From positions 1-29,077 of the forward strand of contig CAXHJY010000227.1 in NCBI GenBank assembly GCA_964016885.1: 29,077 nucleotides of DNA, in the 5' to 3' direction. Source of the DNA: Eledone cirrhosa (taxonomy: Eukaryota). Position 1 is the stretch's first letter. Every line of letters starts with the position of its first letter. The notes under the pieces were generated by a model. The model was not told the origin of the DNA. It saw only the letters and a list, made by a program, of their open reading frames with translations, and made no database searches. The position numbers and the translations under genes were made by a program. Shown here in pieces: positions 1-15,500 of this stretch.

Positions 1-35
1 ATATTATATATATATGTATATATGTATATATATAT

Positions 36-83
<48 letters not shown>

Positions 84-88
84 GTATG

Positions 89-121
<33 letters not shown>

Positions 122-123
122 AT
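1..123. repeat. (TA)n microsatellite with TG interruptions
   Basis: Directly visible TATATG-type low-complexity tract. Confidence 0.95.
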
Positions 124-146
124 ATCATCATCATCATCATCATCAT
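124..146 (-). repeat. (GAT)n 3' tail of the LINE
   Basis: About 7.7 copies of ATC on + immediately after the 3' UTR end; short tandem tails are typical of RTE-clade LINEs. Confidence 0.8.
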
Positions 147-229
147 GTTTAGCGTCCGTGTTCCACGCTTGCATGGGTTTGGACGGGGGTTTTCCCACTT
201 GAGGCAAGAGTGGTTGTCTTGCTCGCATA

Positions 230-461
230 GGACTGTCTGGCGGGTTTTCTACAGTTGGATGCCCTTCCTGACACCAACCACATTTACAGTGTGGGGCTGG
301 GAGGTTTTTACCGTGTTGCCTACACGGCCACATTACAGCGTGGACTGTCTGGCGGGTTTTCTACAGTTGGATGCCCTTCCTAACACCAACCACATTTACA
401 GTGTGGGGCTGGGAGGTTTTTACCGTGTTGCCTACACGGCCACATTTACAGCGTGGACTGT
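230..461. repeat. 112/113-bp tandem duplication in the LINE 3' UTR
   Basis: GGACTGT starts at 230, 342 and 455; the two full copies differ by one substitution (cctgac/cctaac) and a 1-bp indel (cattac/catttac). Confidence 0.92.
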
Positions 462-630
462 GTGTTTTTTTGTCGTGACACCTACACGATCTCATTTGTT
501 TCGGCCTGGATGTTGTGGGACCAACATAACTTTACATTGAAAGGGGCGGTGTGGGTGGGGTGGAGGTGGTGGGACGGGGGTGTGTTTTGATAGAGATGCC
601 TACTGACTGTAGTAGGTTTTTACTTTGTAT

Positions 631-2144
631 TTAGGTAAGGCGGGTCTTCTCTATTACTGAGTACCGCCAAAGGTCTCGTCCAGTGACATTGTCTTGGAGA
701 GGTGTAAGCGTGTGAGGTCGGAATTTATCAGCTCGTCCCATGTTTTTCTGGGTCTGCCTACTCCGTGGCTACCGTCTATCTTTATTGCCCTGCACTTTGT
801 TATACAGCTGTCGTCTTTCATGCGCATCACGTGACCGTACCAACGTAGCCTTCTCTCGAGTAAACAACATCTGATCCCTCTTATTTCTAATTTTTTCCTT
901 AGTTCGTTTATGCTTTGCCGTTCACGTATATTACTATTGCACATCCAGCGGAGCATGCAAGCTTCGTTCCTCTCTAGTCTGCGTATATCCTCTGCACACA
1001 ATGCCCAGGTCTCACTGCCATGCAGCATTGCTGTTCGTATGCAGGCATCGTATAACCTGCCTTTCATTTTTAGGGAGAACCCTCTAGCGGCTAATAGTGG
1101 TATAAGCTCTCTGAACTTTTTCCATCCAGTTCTGACTCTAGCTACTGTACTTTCAGAGCACCCTCCCCCACTGCTGATTTTGTCACCCAGATAACGGAAG
1201 CTGTCCACTATTTCTATAGAACCCTCTGCGCAGTTGAAGGAGCTAGTATTTTGTGGGCACTTGCTGCTACTTATTGCACCAGAGCACCGGCCACATGTAA
1301 AATCTATGTTCTTAGTTAGCTTACCTGTGATCCCACTACATCTTTTATGCACCCAAACTTTGCATTTGGGACATAAAATGGAGTTTCTACCTACGGCTTT
1401 CCTACACACTGAGCATGGCCATTTCCCAGATGGGACCGCCGCCTTATTTTCTTTCCTACAAACTAGAACTTTAGTCTTAGCCAGGTTAATTTTAAGGCCT
1501 TTTGATTCTAGGCCGTGCTTCCATGTTTGGAATTTCTTCTCGAGTTCGGTCATTGATTCAGCTATGAGCGTTAGATCATCTGCGTATAGGAGTTCCCATG
1601 GGCAGCCGGTCTTGAACTCCTCTGTTATAGCCTGAAGGGCAATAATAAATAGTAGGGGGCTAAGAACAGAGCCCTGATGGACACCAACTTTTACGCTAAA
1701 CTCTTCACTATATTCGTTGTTAATTCTAACCTTACTGACTGTTTCTTTATACATGGCTTGTATAGCTCTCACAAGCCATTCGTCAACACCTAGTTTTCTA
1801 AGAGACCACCAGATAATGGAACGGGGGACTCTGTCGAAGGCTTTCTCCAAGTCGACGAAAGCTAAGTATAGGGGTTTACTTTTAGCTAGGTACTTCTCCT
1901 GTAGTTGTCGTACAATGAAAAGAGCGTCTGTGGTACTTTTGCCTGACACAAACCCGAACTGCATTTCATCTAGATCAATTCTCTCTCTGATTAGTTGCGC
2001 TATTACTTTTTCCGTGACCTTCATGACCTGGTCGATTAATTTAATGCCTCTATAGTTACTCCTATCTAGGGCATCTCCTTTTCCCTTATAGCAGTTAACG
2101 ATGATGCTGCTACTCCATTCCTTCGGAACAACCCCATTCTGTAC
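631..2144 (-). pseudogene. Reverse transcriptase ORF fragment of the LINE (N-terminally truncated, probable 1-bp deletion near the C-terminus)
   Basis: Motifs [45 protein letters not shown] (1575-1586), [15 protein letters not shown]. Open from 2144 to the stop at 654-656. Restoring one base near 678 gives ...[17 protein letters not shown] ending at 631. The N-terminal part of the 914-aa ORF is microsatellite. Confidence 0.9.
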
Positions 2145-3383
<1,239 letters not shown>

Positions 3384-3438
3384 AGTAAAGATATGCATAT
3401 GCTATAAGCATTCTTTGTTATTTATTTATTATTTATTA
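3384..3438 (+). mobile_element. Orphan terminal fragment of the hammerhead-bearing inverted-repeat element at 24714-26932
   Basis: AGTAAAGATATGCATATGCTATAAGCATTCTTTGTTATTTATTTATT matches 26882-26928 with one mismatch (A vs G). Confidence 0.85.
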
Positions 3439-5340
<1,902 letters not shown>

Positions 5341-8300
5341 TAAAAACAAATAACGAAACGAAATTAAATTTCGTTTCGTTTGTAACTCACTTTTGTATGA
5401 CTGACGCTTAAACAATTAAGTTAAAGATGTACATCCATATATGTATACTGAAATACTAGTATGTATATGAATACACACACGTATACATATGTAGATGTAC
5501 CAAGTTTTTTTCACTGGTCACTTTACTGTGAGTGGCCAGCTATTCCGTATGTAAACACACAGACAAACCGGTTTTTAGAGTCATACTGGTTTTTGAGGAA
5601 ACACCTTTCCTCTATTCTCCAGAAAGCCAGACAAGGAATATTGAACTAGTTTCGTTGTTGTTACAACTCATCAGCAATATTTACCTATCTTCCGGCCTCT
5701 CTAGAGAATCGTAAAAGCACATAGCGTTATATGCTTTTTCTATGAAAATTAGTAGTGGGCAGACTAATTTGCATAGAGTGTGAGTAAGTACCGGTTCAAC
5801 GGAGACGATAAAAACAAATAACGAAACGAAATTAAATTTCGTTTCGTTTGTAACTCACTTTTGTATGACTGACGCTTAAACAATTAAGTTAAAGATGTAC
5901 ATCCATATATGTATACTGAAATACTAGTATGTATATGAATACACACACGTATACATATGTAGATGTACCAAGTTTTTTTCACTGGTCACTTTACTGTGAG
6001 TGGCCAGCTATTCCGTATGTAAACACACAGACAAACCGGTTTTTAGAGTCATACTGGTTTTTGAGGAAACACCTTTCCTCTATTCTCCAGAAAGCCAGAC
6101 AAGGAATATTGAACTAGTTTCGTTGTTGTTACAACTCATCAGCAATATTTACCTATCTTCCGGCCTCTCTAGAGAATCGTAAAAGCACATAGCGTTATAT
6201 GCTTTTTCTATGAAAATTAGTAGTGGGCAGACTAATTTGCATAGAGTGTGAGTAAGTACCGGTTCAACGGAGACGATAAAAACAAATAACGAAACGAAAT
6301 TAAATTTCGTTTCGTTTGTAACTCACTTTTGTATGACTGACGCTTAAACAATTAAGTTAAAGATGTACATCCATATATGTATACTGAAATACTAGTATGT
6401 ATATGAATACACACACGTATACATATGTAGATGTACCAAGTTTTTTTCACTGGTCACTTTACTGTGAGTGGCCAGCTATTCCGTATGTAAACACACAGAC
6501 AAACCGGTTTTTAGAGTCATACTGGTTTTTGAGGAAACACCTTTCCTCTATTCTCCAGAAAGCCAGACAAGGAATATTGAACTAGTTTCGTTGTTGTTAC
6601 AACTCATCAGCAATATTTACCTATCTTCCGGCCTCTCTAGAGAATCGTAAAAGCACATAGCGTTATATGCTTTTTCTATGAAAATTAGTAGTGGGCAGAC
6701 TAATTTGCATAGAGTGTGAGTAAGTACCGGTTCAACGGAGACGATAAAAACAAATAACGAAACGAAATTAAATTTCGTTTCGTTTGTAACTCACTTTTGT
6801 ATGACTGACGCTTAAACAATTAAGTTAAAGATGTACATCCATATATGTATACTGAAATACTAGTATGTATATGAATACACACACGTATACATATGTAGAT
6901 GTACCAAGTTTTTTTTCACTGGTCACTTTACTGTGAGTGGCCAGCTATTCCGTATGTAAACACACAGACAAACCGGTTTTTAGAGTCATACTGGTTTTTG
7001 AGGAAACACCTTTCCTCTATTCTCCAGAAAGCCAGACAAGGAATATTGAACTAGTTTCGTTGTTGTTACAACTCATCAGCAATATTTACCTATCTTCCGG
7101 CCTCTCTAGAGAATCGTAAAAGCACATAGCGTTATATGCTTTTTCTATGAAAATTAGTAGTGGGCAGACTAATTTGCATAGAGTGTGAGTAAGTACCGGT
7201 TCAACGGAGACGATAAAAACAAATAACGAAACGAAATTAAATTTCGTTTCGTTTGTAACTCACTTTTGTATGACTGACGCTTAAACAATTAAGTTAAAGA
7301 TGTACATCCATATATGTATACTGAAATACTAGTATGTATATGAATACACACACGTATACATATGTAGATGTACCAAGTTTTTTTCACTGGTCACTTTACT
7401 GTGAGTGGCCAGCTATTCCGTATGTAAACACACAGACAAACCGGTTTTTAGAGTCATACTGGTTTTTGAGGAAACACCTTTCCTCTATTCTCCAGAAAGC
7501 CAGACAAGGAATATTGAACTAGTTTCGTTGTTGTTACAACTCATCAGCAATATTTACCTATCTTCCGGCCTCTCTAGAGAATCGTAAAAGCACATAGCGT
7601 TATATGCTTTTTCTATGAAAATTAGTAGTGGGCAGACTAATTTGCATAGAGTGTGAGTAAGTACCGGTTCAACGGAGACGATAAAAACAAATAACGAAAC
7701 GAAATTAAATTTCGTTTCGTTTGTAACTCACTTTTGTATGACTGACGCTTAAACAATTAAGTTAAAGATGTACATCCATATATGTATACTGAAATACTAG
7801 TATGTATATGAATACACACACGTATACATATGTAGATGTACCAAGTTTTTTTTTCACTGGTCACTTTACTGTGAGTGGCCAGCTATTCCGTATGTAAACA
7901 CACAGACAAACCGGTTTTTAGAGTCATACTGGTTTTTGAGGAAACACCTTTCCTCTATTCTCCAGAAAGCCAGACAAGGAATATTGAACTAGTTTCGTTG
8001 TTGTTACAACTCATCAGCAATATTTACCTATCTTCCGGCCTCTCTAGAGAATCGTAAAAGCACATAGCGTTATATGCTTTTTCTATGAAAATTAGTAGTG
8101 GGCAGACTAATTTGCATAGAGTGTGAGTAAGTACCGGTTCAACGGAGACGATAAAAACAAATAACGAAACGAAATTAAATTTCGTTTCGTTTGTAACTCA
8201 CTTTTGTATGACTGACGCTTAAACAATTAAGTTAAAGATGTACATCCATATATGTATACTGAAATACTAGTATGTATATGAATACACACACGTATACATA

Positions 8301-9568
8301 TGTAGATGTACCAAGTTTTTTTCACTGGTCACTTTACTGTGAGTGGCCAGCTATTCCGTATGTAAACACACAGACAAACCGGTTTTTAGAGTCATACTGG
8401 TTTTTGAGGAAACACCTTTCCTCTATTCTCCAGAAAGCCAGACAAGGAATATTGAACTAGTTTCGTTGTTGTTACAACTCATCAGCAATATTTACCTATC
8501 TTCCGGCCTCTCTAGAGAATCGTAAAAGCACATAGCGTTATATGCTTTTTCTATGAAAATTAGTAGTGGGCAGACTAATTTGCATAGAGTGTGAGTAAGT
8601 ACCGGTTCAACGGAGACGATAAAAACAAATAACGAAACGAAATTAAATTTCGTTTCGTTTGTAACTCACTTTTGTATGACTGACGCTTAAACAATTAAGT
8701 TAAAGATGTACATCCATATATGTATACTGAAATACTAGTATGTATATGAATACACACACGTATACATATGTAGATGTACCAAGTTTTTTTCACTGGTCAC
8801 TTTACTGTGAGTGGCCAGCTATTCCGTATGTAAACACACAGACAAACCGGTTTTTAGAGTCATACTGGTTTTTGAGGAAACACCTTTCCTCTATTCTCCA
8901 GAAAGCCAGACAAGGAATATTGAACTAGTTTCGTTGTTGTTACAACTCATCAGCAATATTTACCTATCTTCCGGCCTCTCTAGAGAATCGTAAAAGCACA
9001 TAGCGTTATATGCTTTTTCTATGAAAATTAGTAGTGGGCAGACTAATTTGCATAGAGTGTGAGTAAGTACCGGTTCAACGGAGACGATAAAAACAAATAA
9101 CGAAACGAAATTAAATTTCGTTTCGTTTGTAACTCACTTTTGTATGACTGACGCTTAAACAATTAAGTTAAAGATGTACATCCATATATGTATACTGAAA
9201 TACTAGTATGTATATGAATACACACACGTATACATATGTAGATGTACCAAGTTTTTTTCACTGGTCACTTTACTGTGAGTGGCCAGCTATTCCGTATGTA
9301 AACACACAGACAAACCGGTTTTTAGAGTCATACTGGTTTTTGAGGAAACACCTTTCCTCTATTCTCCAGAAAGCCAGACAAGGAATATTGAACTAGTTTC
9401 GTTGTTGTTACAACTCATCAGCAATATTTACCTATCTTCCGGCCTCTCTAGAGAATCGTAAAAGCACATAGCGTTATATGCTTTTTCTATGAAAATTAGT
9501 AGTGGGCAGACTAATTTGCATAGAGTGTGAGTAAGTACCGGTTCAACGGAGACGATAAAAACAAATAA
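5341..9568 (-). repeat. Left arm of 468-bp tandem array (9 units + 13 bp); putative non-LTR retrozyme, ribozyme sense on minus strand
   Basis: Unit starts (TAAAAACAAAT) at 5341, 5809, 6277, 6745, 7214, 7682, 8152, 8620, 9088, 9556. The only differences I saw are in a T7/T8/T9 run. Confidence 0.95.
5634..5686 (-). ncRNA. Minimal type I hammerhead ribozyme (first of 9 minus-strand copies)
   Basis: Reverse complement of the motif at 9924-9976. The 53-nt copies start at 5634, 6102, 6570, 7039, 7507, 7977, 8445, 8913, 9381. Confidence 0.88.
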
Positions 9569-12500
9569 AACCGGTTTGTCTGTGTGCTTACATACGGAAT
9601 AGCTGGCCACTCACAGTAAAGTGACCAGTGAAAAAAACTTGGTACATCTACATATGTATACGTGTGTGTATTCATATACATACTAGTATTTCAGTATACA
9701 TATATGGATGTACATGTTTAACTTAATTGTTTAAGCGTCAGTCATACAAAAGTGAGTTACAAACGAAACGAAATTTAATTTCGTTTCGTTATTTGTTTTT
9801 ATCGTCTCCGTTGAACCGGTACTTACTCACACTCTATGCAAATTAGTCTGCCCACTACTAATTTTCATAGAAAAAGCATATAACGCTATGTGCTTTTACG
9901 ATTCTCTAGAGAGGCCGGAAGATAGGTAAATATTGCTGATGAGTTGTAACAACAACGAAACTAGTTCAATATTCCTTGTCTGGCTTTCTGGAGAATAGAG
10001 GAAAGGTGTTTCCTCAAAAACCAGTATGACTCTAAAAACCGGTTTGTCTGTGTGTTTACATACGGAATAGCTGGCCACTCACAGTAAAGTGACCAGTGAA
10101 AAAAACTTGGTACATCTACATATGTATACGTGTGTGTATTCATATACATACTAGTATTTCAGTATACATATATGGATGTACATCTTTAACTTAATTGTTT
10201 AAGCGTCAGTCATACAAAAGTGAGTTACAAACGAAACGAAATTTAATTTCGTTTCGTTATTTGTTTTTATCGTCTCCGTTGAACCGGTACTTACTCACAC
10301 TCTATGCAAATTAGTCTGCCCACTACTAATTTTCATAGAAAAAGCATATAACGCTATGTGCTTTTACGATTCTCTAGAGAGGCCGGAAGATAGGTAAATA
10401 TTGCTGATGAGTTGTAACAACAACGAAACTAGTTCAATATTCCTTGTCTGGCTTTCTGGAGAATAGAGGAAAGGTGTTTCCTCAAAAACCAGTATGACTC
10501 TAAAAACCGGTTTGTCTGTGTGTTTACATACGGAATAGCTGGCCACTCACAGTAAAGTGACCAGTGAAAAAAAACTTGGTACATCTACATATGTATACGT
10601 GTGTGTATTCATATACATACTAGTATTTCAGTATACATATATGGATGTACATCTTTAACTTAATTGTTTAAGCGTCAGTCATACAAAAGTGAGTTACAAA
10701 CGAAACGAAATTTAATTTCGTTTCGTTATTTGTTTTTATCGTCTCCGTTGAACCGGTACTTACTCACACTCTATGCAAATTAGTCTGCCCACTACTAATT
10801 TTCATAGAAAAAGCATATAACGCTATGTGCTTTTACGATTCTCTAGAGAGGCCGGAAGATAGGTAAATATTGCTGATGAGTTGTAACAACAACGAAACTA
10901 GTTCAATATTCCTTGTCTGGCTTTCTGGAGAATAGAGGAAAGGTGTTTCCTCAAAAACCAGTATGACTCTAAAAACCGGTTTGTCTGTGTGTTTACATAC
11001 GGAATAGCTGGCCACTCACAGTAAAGTGACCAGTGAAAAAAAAACTTGGTACATCTACATATGTATACGTGTGTGTATTCATATACATACTAGTATTTCA
11101 GTATACATATATGGATGTACATCTTTAACTTAATTGTTTAAGCGTCAGTCATACAAAAGTGAGTTACAAACGAAACGAAATTTAATTTCGTTTCGTTATT
11201 TGTTTTTATCGTCTCCGTTGAACCGGTACTTACTCACACTCTATGCAAATTAGTCTGCCCACTACTAATTTTCATAGAAAAAGCATATAACGCTATGTGC
11301 TTTTACGATTCTCTAGAGAGGCCGGAAGATAGGTAAATATTGCTGATGAGTTGTAACAACAACGAAACTAGTTCAATATTCCTTGTCTGGCTTTCTGGAG
11401 AATAGAGGAAAGGTGTTTCCTCAAAAACCAGTATGACTCTAAAAACCGGTTTGTCTGTGTGTTTACATACGGAATAGCTGGCCACTCACAGTAAAGTGAC
11501 CAGTGAAAAAAACTTGGTACATCTACATATGTATACGTGTGTGTATTCATATACATACTAGTATTTCAGTATACATATATGGATGTACATCTTTAACTTA
11601 ATTGTTTAAGCGTCAGTCATACAAAAGTGAGTTACAAACGAAACGAAATTTAATTTCGTTTCGTTATTTGTTTTTATCGTCTCCGTTGAACCGGTACTTA
11701 CTCACACTCTATGCAAATTAGTCTGCCCACTACTAATTTTCATAGAAAAAGCATATAACGCTATGTGCTTTTACGATTCTCTAGAGAGGCCGGAAGATAG
11801 GTAAATATTGCTGATGAGTTGTAACAACAACGAAACTAGTTCAATATTCCTTGTCTGGCTTTCTGGAGAATAGAGGAAAGGTGTTTCCTCAAAAACCAGT
11901 ATGACTCTAAAAACCGGTTTGTCTGTGTGTTTACATACGGAATAGCTGGCCACTCACAGTAAAGTGACCAGTGAAAAAAAACTTGGTACATCTACATATG
12001 TATACGTGTGTGTATTCATATACATACTAGTATTTCAGTATACATATATGGATGTACATCTTTAACTTAATTGTTTAAGCGTCAGTCATACAAAAGTGAG
12101 TTACAAACGAAACGAAATTTAATTTCGTTTCGTTATTTGTTTTTATCGTCTCCGTTGAACCGGTACTTACTCACACTCTATGCAAATTAGTCTGCCCACT
12201 ACTAATTTTCATAGAAAAAGCATATAACGCTATGTGCTTTTACGATTCTCTAGAGAGGCCGGAAGATAGGTAAATATTGCTGATGAGTTGTAACAACAAC
12301 GAAACTAGTTCAATATTCCTTGTCTGGCTTTCTGGAGAATAGAGGAAAGGTGTTTCCTCAAAAACCAGTATGACTCTAAAAACCGGTTTGTCTGTGTGTT
12401 TACATACGGAATAGCTGGCCACTCACAGTAAAGTGACCAGTGAAAAAAACTTGGTACATCTACATATGTATACGTGTGTGTATTCATATACATACTAGTA

Positions 12501-15500
12501 TTTCAGTATACATATATGGATGTACATCTTTAACTTAATTGTTTAAGCGTCAGTCATACAAAAGTGAGTTACAAACGAAACGAAATTTAATTTCGTTTCG
12601 TTATTTGTTTTTATCGTCTCCGTTGAACCGGTACTTACTCACACTCTATGCAAATTAGTCTGCCCACTACTAATTTTCATAGAAAAAGCATATAACGCTA
12701 TGTGCTTTTACGATTCTCTAGAGAGGCCGGAAGATAGGTAAATATTGCTGATGAGTTGTAACAACAACGAAACTAGTTCAATATTCCTTGTCTGGCTTTC
12801 TGGAGAATAGAGGAAAGGTGTTTCCTCAAAAACCAGTATGACTCTAAAAACCGGTTTGTCTGTGTGTTTACATACGGAATAGCTGGCCACTCACAGTAAA
12901 GTGACCAGTGAAAAAAACTTGGTACATCTACATATGTATACGTGTGTGTATTCATATACATACTAGTATTTCAGTATACATATATGGATGTACATCTTTA
13001 ACTTAATTGTTTAAGCGTCAGTCATACAAAAGTGAGTTACAAACGAAACGAAATTTAATTTCGTTTCGTTATTTGTTTTTATCGTCTCCGTTGAACCGGT
13101 ACTTACTCACACTCTATGCAAATTAGTCTGCCCACTACTAATTTTCATAGAAAAAGCATATAACGCTATGTGCTTTTACGATTCTCTAGAGAGGCCGGAA
13201 GATAGGTAAATATTGCTGATGAGTTGTAACAACAACGAAACTAGTTCAATATTCCTTGTCTGGCTTTCTGGAGAATAGAGGAAAGGTGTTTCCTCAAAAA
13301 CCAGTATGACTCTAAAAACCGGTTTGTCTGTGTGTTTACATACGGAATAGCTGGCCACTCACAGTAAAGTGACCAGTGAAAAAAACTTGGTACATCTACA
13401 TATGTATACGTGTGTGTATTCATATACATACTAGTATTTCAGTATACATATATGGATGTACATCTTTAACTTAATTGTTTAAGCGTCAGTCATACAAAAG
13501 TGAGTTACAAACGAAACGAAATTTAATTTCGTTTCGTTATTTGTTTTTATCGTCTCCGTTGAACCGGTACTTACTCACACTCTATGCAAATTAGTCTGCC
13601 CACTACTAATTTTCATAGAAAAAGCATATAACGCTATGTGCTTTTACGATTCTCTAGAGAGGCCGGAAGATAGGTAAATATTGCTGATGAGTTGTAACAA
13701 CAACGAAACTAGTTCAATATTCCTTGTCTGGCTTTCTGGAGAATAGAGGAAAGGTGTTTCCTCAAAAACCAGTATGACTCTAAAAACCGGTTTGTCTGTG
13801 TGTTTACATACGGAATAGCTGGCCACTCACAGTAAAGTGACCAGTGAAAAAAACTTGGTACATCTACATATGTATACGTGTGTGTATTCATATACATACT
13901 AGTATTTCAGTATACATATATGGATGTACATCTTTAACTTAATTGTTTAAGCGTCAGTCATACAAAAGTGAGTTACAAACGAAACGAAATTTAATTTCGT
14001 TTCGTTATTTGTTTTTATCGTCTCCGTTGAACCGGTACTTACTCACACTCTATGCAAATTAGTCTGCCCACTACTAATTTTCATAGAAAAAGCATATAAC
14101 GCTATGTGCTTTTACGATTCTCTAGAGAGGCCGGAAGATAGGTAAATATTGCTGATGAGTTGTAACAACAACGAAACTAGTTCAATATTCCTTGTCTGGC
14201 TTTCTGGAGAATAGAGGAAAGGTGTTTCCTCAAAAACCAGTATGACTCTAAAAACCGGTTTGTCTGTGTGTTTACATACGGAATAGCTGGCCACTCACAG
14301 TAAAGTGACCAGTGAAAAAAACTTGGTACTTCTACATATGTATACGTGTGTGTATTCATATACATACTAGTATTTCAGTATACATATATGGATGTACATC
14401 TTTAACTTAATTGTTTAAGCGTCAGTCATACAAAAGTGAGTTACAAACGAAACGAAATTTAATTTCGTTTCGTTATTTGTTTTTATCGTCTCCGTTGAAC
14501 CGGTACTTACTCACACTCTATGCAAATTAGTCTGCCCACTACTAATTTTCATAGAAAAAGCATATAACGCTATGTGCTTTTACGATTCTCTAGAGAGGCC
14601 GGAAGATAGGTAAATATTGCTGATGAGTTGTAACAACAACGAAACTAGTTCAATATTCCTTGTCTGGCTTTCTGGAGAATAGAGGAAAGGTGTTTCCTCA
14701 AAAACCAGTATGACTCTAAAAACCGGTTTGTCTGTGTGTTTACATACGGAATAGCTGGCCACTCACAGTAAAGTGACCAGTGAAAAAAACTTGGTACATC
14801 TACATATGTATACGTGTGTGTATTCATATACATACTAGTATTTCAGTATACATATATGGATGTACATCTTTAACTTAATTGTTTAAGCGTCAGTCATACA
14901 AAAGTGAGTTACAAACGAAACGAAATTTAATTTCGTTTCGTTATTTGTTTTTATCGTCTCCGTTGAACCGGTACTTACTCACACTCTATGCAAATTAGTC
15001 TGCCCACTACTAATTTTCATAGAAAAAGCATATAACGCTATGTGCTTTTACGATTCTCTAGAGAGGCCGGAAGATAGGTAAATATTGCTGATGAGTTGTA
15101 ACAACAACGAAACTAGTTCAATATTCCTTGTCTGGCTTTCTGGAGAATAGAGGAAAGGTGTTTCCTCAAAAACCAGTATGACTCTAAAAACCGGTTTGTC
15201 TGTGTGTTTACATACGGAATAGCTGGCCACTCACAGTAAAGTGACCAGTGAAAAAAACTTGGTACATCTACATATGTATACGTGTGTGTATTCATATACA
15301 TACTAGTATTTCAGTATACATATATGGATGTACATCTTTAACTTAATTGTTTAAGCGTCAGTCATACAAAAGTGAGTTACAAACGAAACGAAATTTAATT
15401 TCGTTTCGTTATTTGTTTTTATCGTCTCCGTTGAACCGGTACTTACTCACACTCTATGCAAATTAGTCTGCCCACTACTAATTTTCATAGAAAAAGCATA

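Larger units (their letters stand above)
124..2144 (-). mobile_element. 5'-truncated non-LTR retrotransposon (LINE, RTE-like)
   Basis: RT frame 2144->631, then a ~480-bp 3' UTR, then a (GAT)n tail at 146->124. No endonuclease domain; the 5' end is fused to (TA)n. Clade inferred from the short-repeat tail and C-terminal motifs ([19 protein letters not shown], DRxxWR). Confidence 0.88.

Noticed and set aside
543-581. G-rich tract, possible G-quadruplex
   Set aside because: It is C-rich in the LINE transcript, irregular, and there is no support for function.
910-2055. Plus-strand ORFs of 94-133 aa
   Set aside because: Antisense shadows of the RT frame.
124-2144. The RTE-like LINE as the mobilising partner of the hammerhead array
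   Set aside because: No shared 3' sequence or (GAT)n tail with either ribozyme element; proximity alone is not evidence.
5341-5808. Helitron/Helentron concatemer (hairpin followed by TTGTTTT on the minus strand)
   Set aside because: No convincing subterminal inverted repeats; the complete hammerhead and G-U strand bias explain the unit better. Not formally excluded.
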